Origin: Antedon mediterranea
Lineage: Eukaryota; Animalia; Echinodermata
Assembly (NCBI RefSeq): GCF_964355755.1
Contig: NC_092680.1
Span: 14,517,045 to 14,581,044, forward strand
DNA length: 64,000 bases
Reading direction: 5' to 3'
Positions within the stretch are counted from its first letter, which is position 1. Every line of letters begins with the position of its first letter. A model generated the notes under the pieces. The model was given only the letters and a program-made list of their open reading frames with translations, searched no databases and had not been told where the DNA came from. The position numbers and the translations under genes were made by a program. Below are positions 53,401 to 64,000 of this stretch, in pieces.

Positions 53401-56400
53401 GCTTCAAATCAATTTCTGATTAAATTAGAGCACGTTTCAGGTCATTTTAAGGGTTTAAAAATTGCCACTGGTGCGCACATTTTTACGCGCGCACGGCGCA
53501 GGGAACGCGTATAAGCTTTTCTTTTACGTAAATTGTGTTTTTCAAACGTAGGTTAACAATTTTACGTTATTTTATTCACTTTTCAACTTGAAATGGCGTT
53601 CTACGAGCACGTTAAACATGACTGGTTGCGCACGAAAACGTCAACAAATTGTGAAAATGTTGCAAAATATGTCTACTTTTAAAAGTGATACAGTTCATCA
53701 GAATGCAAGGTTACCCCCATTTTTTATTTTATTTTATTACAGTCTATGAATCGTAGGTCTGATTTATTATAGTGTTGAATGTTAAAACGTGTTTGATGGC
53801 TACATTATTTGCATATTAAATATAATTTTCGAAATTTTTATCATCAAACAAACAATAACATATTCAAAGAGCAAAACAATAAACATAACGTTTATCTTTT
53901 TTCTTTATATACATGTTAATATATAAAACTTGAAAGTATGCACTTTGCTAACATGTCACTGTTTAAAATTTGTGAAGATTTCATCATAGTAAAATTTATG
54001 ATTTAAGTATAATATGTAATAATCAACTTGCATCGAGGGGATTCACGACATACCGAATGAACGAGGACTCTTTCTTCGGATTTTCTTCAGCAGGTGCTCA
54101 TATGGCTCGATGTGTAGTGCAACCGACTTTGGTATCAGAGGTACCGGGTTCGAATCTCATCACGGGAAAACAATTAAATAAAAGGATTTGTTTGGTTATT
54201 ACACTGAAAGGGCAGTTTCAATTTTGAATAGGCTACTTTTTGGAAAAGTCCTTGAATGCGCAAGATACGCTTTGTTGCGGGCGGATAACCAAACTCGTCC
54301 TCAAGTGACGAGTTCAGATCTAGTCTATTATTATAATTACCTCGTATAAATGTAGCAACACTGCCTTTAAAAACACCTTTTGCACCTGAATTCCTATAGA
54401 TTTGCTTTGCACAGTCTACAGGACCAGCATATTTTACCTCAGCTCCTGAGGCCTGTTGAATCTAGAAAAATAAACATCTCATTAAAAGTAACTTATATAT
54501 TATAATTATTAACTAATAACTAATAACATGCAGATTTTCAGAAATAAAGAAGTAATAATAATAATAATAAAGTGTTTTTGCTTAGATTTTAACAAAGTGT
54601 ATGTGTGTTCCTTTTCTGTATTACTGTACTAACACTTTGTTTTTTTAATGGATTCAATATAATAACTGCAATGGGTCTTTAACATTTCTCAGTATAAAAC
54701 TAATGAGAACATAGATCTGTATATAAATATAAATCAAAGAGCTCCATAGGCAGAGTAGTTAGAAAAAAATCAAAATCAAACAAGTTAAAGCTGCCTCAAT
54801 ATAAATTTATTAACAACATGTTTCGGCCTATCATCAGGTGAACATAATTATAACAAATGATAACAGTCACAAAATTACATAATAAAACAAATCAGCCAAT
54901 CAAAGATGTTAATAAACAAAAGGCATAAATTATAAAAACATGCCCTTAAAAGCTATGCTAAAAGCAATGCAGAAATATTTGCTTTATAAAGCAGGAAATT
55001 TAGGGTTATAATCGAAATTTACAACAAAAGGCCCTAAAAACATCAACGTTAAGTGTGAATAATTGTTAACATATGAATATCTCTAGAAAAATTAATGTTT
55101 AAAAGATCTAAATTGTACATTTACATGCCGGTAGGAGCAAGAGTGCCAAGCTTTAAAATAATTAGATCTAACTAAATTGTCTTTAACTAGATGGCACGCT
55201 CGCTTCGCTCGCGTACCATCTAGGTCGTGCCCACAGATGGTTCTCGAATACACAGTATTTCCAGCGAGAAAAAATGGAGATTTCAAATGTACGTACCGCA
55301 AGACTATAATACATTGTCGTTTACAGAAACGAATAAATATACACAATGATTTATGTAGTCAACCAAAATTAGCACCCTGAGAATTACTTCCAAGAGAGAA
55401 ACAAAATGAGTCAAATTTTTTTATTTGGACTCATTTAAACAAACCCAATTTGTGTTTTGTATGTAACATTAAGGGTTGAGGGATGGGGGAAGAAGATAGG
55501 TACAAAGAGGAAACATTTTAAAATATATTCTTATTCACCCAGTAACGAAATATTGTTTTTAATGTTTTATAGGCCTATAAATAATATACCACTAAATACA
55601 GTAAAACATTTACGATTTAATACGGTACTTTGTTAAAACTCTCACTGTCATAGTCGATTGAAATAGTAAAGTACATGTAACGATACACCACTACGACGTT
55701 TATATATTTTTAAATTATTAATTAATACAAACGTTGAGAAGCAACTGTCAGTAATAACGTTTATTTATTTGTATATTATATGTTTATAATATAACAGTAG
55801 GGCCTACCCACACTCACAGTAATAAAGTTTATTTGTATATATTTTTATATTACATCTAACAGTACCAACACTCACAGTAAGAAATTTGCGATTCAAATTG
55901 CGATCAAAAGTGGTTAATACCTTAACAGTATTGTACAGCATTGCAATACTATTTATGTATATTCTCCAAGGGGGCCCATAAATCTAAATTTATACCTGTA
56001 TGGTTAAACCAAATAATTTGGAATGTTCCATTCATCACAAATCAATACATTTGTAAAAACGTATATTAAATGTATCAAAATAGTATTTTTTAAAGAAAAT
56101 CGGCCTGTCTTCAACATTATGATGCTGTACTCGAACTGTTCAACCGGTTTTCAGCTATTAAAAACAATTATCGTAGGAGGAGATAGGAAAATGCGAAGCC
56201 TCCTCGCATTTTTGTGGCGGGTATTTTTCAAGATGGACATCCATTAGACAGTGTATACCACGATCGGAAAACACCCCTATTTGGGGCAAATCGTTGAACC
56301 TAAATTCGTTTTAATCGTCAATAACTAATTATCTAACTTAATTTAATTAGTAAACAGGGTTACATCAGGTGGTTAAAATCAGTACTGAAAGTACGAACCA

Positions 56401-59400
56401 ACTTTATATACCATCGAGTAAAAATTCTAGAAGTAAGGCGCGATTTACCGAATTTTGCCCTTACGTAAATTTATATATAGATGCTACTATCTCGTTTGTA
56501 AGCTCCTATAGGTGGTTCTTCAAAAACATCTTTTGCAGCGGATTTATCTTCAGTCAAAATCGTAAAAAAAATGTTAACAGACCTTCTTATTCATAGGATG
56601 ATAGGTGAAAACTAAAGCTTGTGTTGGTAGACTTGGGTCTAGTGATCATGATATGCTTGAATTTGTTGTAATATTGATACACTGATTAATGATAGTACCA
56701 AATATGTCTATGATTTTAGGAAAGCCAACTGGAATAATATTAGGAATGTACTTTCAGAAGTGGATTGGCCCAGTTTAACTGAACTTCCATCTATATCCGA
56801 GTCAAAATTTGAAGTTTATAATTCTTCCCTTAAAATTGAGAAGACATAACAGAAAACCTCCTTTTATCAACAGAAAAGTTATTTGTTCAATTCGAAAAAA
56901 GAGAAAATTATGGAAACTTCTCTGTAATTTGAGAGATTCCACAGACCTTGCAATTTATAAAAGATCTTCTAATCAAGTTAAGTCAAAAATAAAGGAGTAC
57001 CAAGAGAAAAATTAACTGATAATTGTAAGCGTGATCCTATAGTCTTTTTATAGTTACATCAGATCCTGTATTAAGTACTAAATCCAAAGATTCAGTTGGG
57101 CCCTTAGTTACTGATAAAGGTAATATAGTTATTGATGACATGGAAGCTGCTGAAATTTTTAACTTCACGTCCATGTGAATCGATTCTAATTTCATTCCAC
57201 CTAATTTACCTAACAAGTTTCCAGATGATGTTAATTGATCACTGTACTGTTTACACAGACTTTTAAAATTGGTGCAGAAACTTAAACCTAAAAAATCACC
57301 GGGACCTGATGATTTCAGCTCGAGAATATTGTTGGAAGCTGCTAGTGTTGTTGCAACTCCTTTAGCCCATCTTTTTCAGATGTTTTAATGAAAATTGTGT
57401 TCCATCTTTATGGAAGAAAGCCAATGTTTCTCCTATTTTTAAAAAAGGCTCTAAGAAATTACCGGCAAACTATAGGCCTGTTTAGTTTAACATCACATTT
57501 TTTTAATTGATGGAATCGGTCCTGAGGAATGATATTATGGATCACCTTGACTCATTACAATTTACTGAATACATCCCAGCATGGGTTCTTGAAAGGAAGA
57601 TCTTGTCTGTTTCCTGAGAAGGCTGGTGACATATGATATTGACCAGGGTTTGCCAGTAGATGTAATTTATTTTGACTTTTTTTTTTCATAAGTCTGAATA
57701 TACCGCCACTAGTGGTCCTAAACATAAATTGAAAAAGAATATGCTTGATTAAATTTCCGTAGTCATTCTTTAACCCAAACAAGTTTTATATTCATGGATG
57801 CTCTCTGTGCCAGTATAGTTGAAGTCGACAACTATAAAGAGACAAAGACAGTTTCAGAAGAGGAGAAGGGCTAATAGAGAGCCACGACCGGCCCACCAGC
57901 CTCTTGTTGCACCACTCATTTAGAGTGGTGTACGGTGAGACCGGCCCACCAGCCTCTTGTTGCACCACTCATTTAGAGTGGTGTACGGTGAGACCGGCCC
58001 ACCAGCCTCTTGTTGCACCACTCATTTAGAGTGGTGTACGGTGAGTTATGGTTCTGTACTGCAGCTTTATTGCTTTTACCTTTATAAATTATGCCTAATT
58101 CTCACATAGGCGAGCACAATGGAAAAACTTCAGGAAAGATCTCCACCTTGGAACCTACCTTATCTAACTCAGATGTACTGCAAAACATAGATTTGATATA
58201 TATTATGATATTGTTCAATATTTCTCTCTTAGAAAGATATCATGGAGGGTTTTAAAACGAAATGTTGGGTTTGATCGGTAGAAGTGTCGGTGGTAAAGTT
58301 AGTTCCATGTTCACGGAGAGTCATCAATTTGCACCTTCCTGGTTTCAACTAAGTTGGCTGTTGGTGAGGATAAGCCATTTTAGTTTTTTTTGTTTTCTAT
58401 TTTTGAACTGCGTGTGTGAAAGTACAGTATAGTTGGTAAAATAACAATTATACTGCAAATTAATAAAGATCTAATTAAATATATTCATAAAGCATCGGAG
58501 TATATTGTGGGGAATAGTATATAAAATTACATCGGGAGAACTGAGACCTTTTGTTTAAAATTGAGTGAAACTCTGATAGCCAAGTTGTTGAGTAAGCTGC
58601 CAGGACTGTATAACTGTGCGCTATCTGTGTCCTGTTAGGACCCTGGGATAATTCTGCCCATGTTGCAAGCCGTCTAAAACGTCTTCAAACGGCCCACTGT
58701 GTAGCGGAAGTTAGTTTCAACGACGATCATTTGAAAACAATCAAGTTGAAATGATAACGATAGCTCAAACATTTGATTTCTAGCGTTGAACGTTGAAACC
58801 CCTGTCTTCTTTCTTGACGTCGTAATGCGAAAAAATGAATAGATGACTCCACTGCCTCTACTAGTAGGCTCACAGTGTAGGAAACATGGGCCTAGGCATA
58901 CTAATATCTCTATACTGATGGTTCTTCGTTTTCAGTAGGCCTATCCTAGTCAAAATAGCATTTTGGACTAGACAGAAAACTTGGACCTACCTAATATCCC
59001 CACGCCCACTTTCCGGAACATCATTTTATTAGTCACTTTGGCTTTGGCTTTGACCGCACCGCTATGCAAAAAAATAAATGTAGTCAGCAGAATTTTTCAT
59101 TAATTATGTTACATCATTTGCTGTATCGCCAAGATGATTGGTCAGTTCTTACGTTTTAGCGTTGCGATATCGCTAGAGTTGAAATGGAATAAACTCTTGT
59201 GATTGTCAACGATTGCGACTTGTAGCGTTGATTACTATCAATTATAACACCTTTTCCTGTAAATCGCTAACGTTTTAATAAAACAGTATCTTTTCCTGTA
59301 AATCGTTAACATTTCAATGTTTACGTATAAGATCGCCGATTATTGTTAATGATAGCGTCGAATAACGTCGACATGAAAATAGGCTTAACACACTCTGTGA

Positions 59401-60577
59401 AACAGAGGTTTGTTTTTTGTTTTTTAACGAATATCAAGAATTTCACTAATGGTAATAACTGACCGAAAACGTCGAGGCCAAAATTCAGATCACTCTGTTT
59501 GACAACTATACCTGTAGTAAACATTTAATTCTTTCTCCTGGTGCAATGAATAATGTTGTAAAAGCTCCAGATACCATTCCAGCTACGAATGTCTGCATTA
59601 CTCTGAAAATTAATAATAATTAATAACTGTATTATTATTGTTATAAAGCATTATGGTTTTGCTAAAAAATATACATAAATATATTGATGTTTATGCATTT
59701 CTTTAATTGGGTATTACTTTGGTTTTTTTTATCAGAGGCACGCACTATGTAGTGCAACTAGAATAAAATAATAAAACAAATGAGGGGAAAAGGAAAACAA
59801 AAATAAATAGAAACATCTAAGCATTAGTATACTGTATGTTTATTTATTTTATTTATTTAAATATTTTACGAGGGTGATCCATCCAGCTAGCCGAAGCTGA
59901 TCATTAGGGACCCTCACAAAAATACAATATGACAAGATATAAACATGCAACAATTAAATTAAAATAAATAGAATCAGAGAGAAAAGACGACAAAAAAAAG
60001 ATGATTCTGAGCCAAAATTTGAAAGATGAAGCAAGTCGGATATCTAAAGGAATGAGCTTGGACTGTTTGAAAAGTTCCTAGTACTGTCTGGGGATTAGCA
60101 TTATCACCGTAATAGTGACCTGTGTGTGCAAGTAATTGACAGAGGAACAAGATTATGGAGAGCTTTAAAAGTAAGATATCGATATCTGTATGAAAGCCAT
60201 ATTATGAAGCTAATAGCAGTAACCTGTGCTCCTCGCGGTCTTTGTCGGCTTTAATATATGGTTATATACTAATTCGCATGGAATGAGTAAGTATCATAAT
60301 AAGCGCACTCTTCTGTTGTATTGTTGTAAACAAGAGTGTGATTAAGTAAACTAAATACAACAAAAATATTGTACTGTATAATGCCATTGTGGAATAAATA
60401 AATGTTTTTTGAACTTGATATATGGAAAAAACCTACAAACACTTACCCATATTTTGTATTTGCTTGTGAAGGAGTCTGTAATTTTAACCCAAGTCCATAA
60501 CCAAAGAAACAGATAGCAGATATTGGTGTTATTCCAACAATTGGGGTTGCCATGCCTTTGTAAAGACCAAAAACTCC
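47410..60577 (-). CDS. SLC25A20: Mitochondrial carnitine/acylcarnitine carrier (SLC25A20-like), exons 3-9; exons 1-2 were not found in the window
   Basis: Exons are 60577-60447, 59602-59512, 54461-54341, 50305-50233, 48873-48764, 48209-48088 and 47472-47410, all AG/GT with matching phases. The translation reads [81 protein letters not shown]. Confidence 0.93.
49130..49360 (+). mobile_element. Nin/Deu-domain-like SINE fragment
   Basis: CTCGTATAAAGACTATAAAC...CACTTTAAAGAACCCAG...AAGTAGGGGGTTAACCCCGGTG resembles the Nin/Deu core as I recall it; a paralogue is at 48280-48420. Confidence 0.55.
49668..50108. mobile_element. Tc1/mariner (pogo-like) MITE remnant
   Basis: Left-end repeats ACCTCCTGTAAAGCGGCCAC; right end GGTGGCCGCTTACGGGACGTTCAACTG|TA. 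Confidence 0.5.
50338..50885. repeat. Minisatellite, ~14 x 38-39 bp, each unit a hairpin
   Basis: Unit AAACATCTGACCAAAAAGAGAG(A/G)TT(G/A)GTCAGATTAGG(A/G)C. Confidence 0.9.
51152..54323 (+). mobile_element. Helentron/HINE-like element with a tandemly duplicated ~1.55-kb body and 3' end
   Basis: There is a single 5' subTIR TTGGTTATCCGCC. Two units (~51213-52771 and 52772-54323) each end GGCGGATAACCAA + hairpin AACTCGTC..GACG(A/T)GTT + CTAG|T, and each contains an internal ~310-bp duplication. Confidence 0.8.
54812..54840 (-). ncRNA. Degenerate minimal hammerhead motif (Penelope-like remnant)
   Basis: The minus strand reads CAC-CUGAUGA-UAGGCC-GAAA-CAUGUU-GUU; stem II is collapsed. Confidence 0.4.
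55187..56481 (-). mobile_element. Full-length non-autonomous Helitron (~1.3 kb)
   Basis: On the minus strand it starts A|TCTATATATAAATT. It ends with the hairpin CTAGATGGTACGCGAGCGAAGCGAGCGTGCCATCTAG|T. It has TC...CTAG termini, an A|T insertion site and no TSD, and three other copies occur in the window. Confidence 0.8.
56620..57680 (+). mobile_element. Decayed CR1 LINE ORF2 fragment
   Basis: [56 protein letters not shown] and VDVIYFDF appear in shifting frames. Confidence 0.8.
57886..58044. repeat. Perfect tandem triplication, 3 x 53 bp, with an internal hairpin
   Basis: GACCGGCCCACCAGCCTCTTGTTGCACCACTCATTTAGAGTGGTGTACGGTGA x3. Confidence 0.95.
59835..60320 (-). mobile_element. LINE 3' end remnant; its tail is shared with 49365-49510
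   Basis: Both places share AATATTTTACGAGGGTG.TCCATCCA...CCGAAGCTGATCATTAGGGACCCT next to a (TAAA)n tail. Confidence 0.5.
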
Positions 60578-60714
60578 CTATAAAATAGCAAATTAGGTAA
60601 ACATTGTTATCTGCCTGGTAGTACAGTATGTCTTACAAAATTCATATTCAAAACCACAAATTCACGATCAGTAATCCAACGTCCAACACACTGCACTACA
60701 TGCCCTTATTATTC

Positions 60715-61456
60715 ATGAAGCACTAGAGTGTCACCAGTGGATGAAACTAGAGTGTCACCATTGGATGAAACTAGAGTGTCACCATTGGATGAAACTAGAG
60801 TGTCACCATTGGATGAAACTAGAGTGTCACTAGTGGATGAAACTAGAGTGTCACCAGTGGATGAAACTAGAGTGTCACCATTCATTGGATGAAACTAGAG
60901 TGTCACCATTCATTGGATGAAACTAGAGTGTCACCAGTGGATGAAACTAGAGTGTCACCATTGGATGAAACTAGAGTGTCACTAGTGGATGAAACTAGAG
61001 TGTCACCAGTGGATGAAACTAGAGTGTCACCATTCATTGGATGAAACTAGAGTGTCACCATTCATTGGATGAAACTAGAGTGTCACCATTCATTGGATGA
61101 AACTAGAGTGTCACCAGTGGATGAAACTAGAGTGTCACCATTGGATGAAACTAGAGTGTCACCATTGGATGAAACTAGAGTGTCACCATTGGATGAAACT
61201 AGAGTGTCACCAGTGGATGAAACTAGAGTGTCACCATTGGATGAAACTAGAGTGTCACCATTGGATGAAACTAGAGTGTCACCAGTGGATGAAACTAGAG
61301 TGTCACCATTCATTGGATGAAACTAGAGTGTCACCAGTGGATGAAACTAGAGTGTCACCAGTGGATGAAACTAGAGTCTCACCAGTGGATGAAACTAGAG
61401 TCTCACCAGTGGATGAAGCTAGAGTGTCACCAGTGGGTGAAACTGGAGTGTCACCA
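60715..61456. repeat. 24-bp minisatellite (~30 units, with some 28-bp variants)
   Basis: Unit GGATGAAACTAGAGTGTCACCA(G/T)T; variants carry an extra CATT. Confidence 0.95.
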
Positions 61457-61936
61457 AAGTACAATTAATTACTCAAATACTGGGCATATCACTGACCAAT
61501 TACTGTAAACTAAATGGTACGTTCGCTTTGCTTGCGTACCATCTAGTTCCTGCCCATAAGTGGTTCTTGAATACACAGTAATTTCAGCGTAAAAAACTGC
61601 CGGTTTACAATATAAGTACCGCAGGACTATAATACATTGGCGTTTACAGAAACGAATAAATAGACACGATGATTTATGTAGACAACCAATTAGCACCCTG
61701 GGAATCTTTTTCGAAAGAGAAACTTTTCACAAAATGAGTCCAAATTTTTTATTTTTAAACAAACCAATTTGTGTTGTATGTAACATTAGGGATGAGGGAT
61801 GGAGAAGAGGATAGGTAGAAAGAGGAAAAATTTTTAAATATATTCTATTCTATATCCACTCAGTAACTCATGTTTTATAGGCCTAAAAATAACGTACCAC
61901 TTTACTTTGTTAAAATTGTCACTGTCGTAGTCGATT

Positions 61937-62368
61937 ACCTAAGTGGTAGTGGAATGCGTAACTTCTTCCCTATGAAAACATACGAGAGAAACCTAAGAAG
62001 ACATATTTACACCATATATAAGCGACGACCTAAACTGGATATCCACAAGTACAATTTTTCTTACAGAATTGTTACCCTATGGAATAGTCTACAAGAGGAA
62101 GCCGTTAACACTACCACAGTAAACGCCTTTAAAAATCAACTTGATAAATTCATTGAAAGAAAATACAACAAATTTACTTTTATGGGATAAAGTGTATTGC
62201 AGAAGAATTTAAATCAAGGAAACGAATGAAAAAAAACAAAAAACAAAAAATCAAAAAAAAAAAAACCATGCAGTGATGACTTGATGAAATTGGGAGGGCA
62301 TGACATGACAGAAATGTATGGTCTACTTACGAGCCCGACAAGACAGGTGATTACAGATGATTACAGGT
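61937..62368 (+). mobile_element. CR1 LINE 3' fragment inserted in a Helitron
   Basis: Encodes RNLRRH...KYNFSYRIVTLWNSL...FKNQLDKF and has a GATTACAG(G/A)T tandem tail. The host flanks GTCGATT|GAAATAG rejoin precisely. Confidence 0.8.
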
Positions 62369-62520
62369 GAAATAGTAGTACATGTAACGATATATATACA
62401 CCACTACGACGTTTATATTTTTTGTAATTAGTAATTAATACAAATGTTGAGAAGCAACTGTCAGTAATATAGTTTATTTGTATAGTATGTGTTTATAATC
62501 TACCCAAACTCACAGTAATA

Positions 62521-62697
62521 CAGGGAAAAATTTCATTTGAAAATTTTGTTTTATAGCAAAATTGCTATCAAACTGATTTTTTAGTCAAGAAACATAGTTT
62601 TGTATTGTATTTTTTGCTACACAATTGTAGAAATGTGTAGCAAAAAGGTTGTTTTGTATAGCTTTTTGCTATGCTACACTGGCGAAATTATTCCCTG
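62521..62697. mobile_element. 177-bp MITE
   Basis: TA|CAGGGAAAAATTTC ... GAAATTATTCCCTG|TA, with TA (or TAATA) duplicated. Confidence 0.7.
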
Positions 62698-62834
62698 TAA
62701 TAAATAAAAGTTTATTTGTATATATATTTATATTATATTGAATAGTACCAACACTCACAGTATGAAATTTGCGATTTAAATGGCGACCAAAAGTGGTTAA
62801 TACGTATTTACAGTATTGCAATGCTGTATCTTAA

Positions 62835-63457
62835 AGCCCCATTCCCTACGTTTTTTAGATCTAATTTAAGATCACAAACTATATTTAATGTAAAAATAAT
62901 ACTATATGGTCCTATTGCGATAACTTTTTTCGTCTTTAAACGGTTAAAAATGTGAAAAATAAGTCGATTCTAATAATTATAGCGGCCCGCTATAAATCCC
63001 AAAATGCATTGCGCGCGGATTGATATTTTTGTTTTTCACCTGTAATTCGCCCACTTTTCGATCGATCGTGAGGCCAAAACAAATGGAAGACTCCTAACTT
63101 TTCAGCGAAAATACCAGGTTTTCCCCAATTTGTATCAACAGAGTCTGGCAAAAATAGAAAGACAATTAATGCAGCAACTATACATCAGGCTAGGTATATA
63201 GCTCGCGTACAATGTTCGTACGTTACCGATGTTTACCAGCTAGGCCTACAAAACTAAGCCTAGCTAGGCTAGGCCTAAGACCGTCCACGAGAGGTTGATC
63301 GCCGCGAGCTACTTAGGTAGTGCATTGTTTCTCACTTTTTATAATAATTTACCATAAAACGTACATTTAAGACAAGGAATGACATGGTTTAATGTTTTTA
63401 AAGTGATATATATGTATTATTTTCAAAAAAACGTCCAAAATTGCAGGGAAGGGGTCT
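62835..63457. mobile_element. Kolobok-like non-autonomous element
   Basis: TTAA|AGCCCCATTCCCT ... AGGGAAGGGGTCT|TTAA; a related left-end fragment is at ~46905-47045. Confidence 0.7.
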
Positions 63458-63499
63458 TTAAGGTTTTAAGTTTATTCTCTATGGGCCCATAAATTTGAT

Positions 63500-63940
63500 G
63501 TATGACTCTGATGGTAAAAAAATTGACCCTGCACATAAGATTTCCTCTAGGTTTTGGACGATATAGTTTTAAGCTGTGTCCCCTGGTTCTGATGTTGAGA
63601 GACAATTTAAATAACTCTTTTGGATCAATATCTTCAAAGTCTTTCAAAATTTTGAAAGCTTCAATCAAATCTCCAAAGTCTTCTTGTCTCTAATGGTTGA
63701 AGATCAAGATATTCTAGCCTTTTTTCATATGGTAGATCACTTATTGACTTGACCATCTTTGTAGCTCTTCTCTGCACCTTCTCCAAGATTTCTTTGTCTT
63801 TGTTATAGTAAGGAGACCAGGACTGAATACAGTATTCCATATGTGGATGGATGTATGCCTTGTACATGACCTGAAAACTTTCTTTGTCAATATTTTTGAA
63901 TGTTCTTTTGACAGCGAGGAGGTTAGTCTCAACCAAGAAT
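63500..63940 (-). mobile_element. CR1 LINE ORF2 3' fragment
   Basis: YKAYIHPHMEYCIQSWSPY..KDKEILEKVQRRATKMV..LPYEKRL, then after a frameshift RTRGHSLKL..R.NFFTIRVI. Confidence 0.85.
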
Positions 63941-64000
63941 TACTATTCTCAAATGTACTTAGTATAAAGTACAAATTACGTCATAGTAAGACAACACATC

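Larger units (their letters stand above)
61510..63497 (-). mobile_element. Helitron copy interrupted by three nested insertions
   Basis: Homologous to 55187-55990 once the inserts 61937-62368, 62521-62697 and 62835-63457 are removed. Confidence 0.7.

Noticed and set aside
60715-61456. CRISPR-like array, or repeat-protein ORFs (DETRVSP / MKLECHHW)
   Set aside because: The units are contiguous with no unique spacers, there are no cas genes and the context is a eukaryotic intron. The ORFs are by-products of a 24-bp period.

Overview
AT-rich (roughly 30% GC by eye), intron-containing eukaryotic DNA, probably from a marine invertebrate (echinoderm-like; this is inference only). I reconstructed five protein-coding genes by hand, with GT-AG junctions and consistent phases where introns are present. 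(1) The 3' part of a single-pass MAM-domain membrane protein (+, 1139-5466). (2) A two-exon orphan secreted Asp/Glu/Asn-rich precursor with a furin site (-, 7070-8399). (3) An intronless FoxQ2 of the fd102C / C-terminal-eh1 type (-, 13801-14757). (4) A GH31 MYORG-like glycosidase (+, 34558-36996). (5) Exons 3-9 of an SLC25A20 carnitine/acylcarnitine carrier (-, 47410-60577) with substitutions at key substrate residues. The rest is dense, often nested transposon debris: Helitrons/Helentrons, Academ-, Kolobok-, Harbinger- and P-like non-autonomous elements, Tx1/L2/CR1 LINE fragments, Nin/Deu-type SINEs, Penelope-type minimal hammerhead ribozymes and hairpin-unit minisatellites. The most notable pattern is that the over-represented motifs TACAGTA/TACTGTA and TAGG(G)CCTA behave like transposon excision footprints: paralogous repeat copies inside the window differ exactly by TA -> TA-NNN(NN)-TA.
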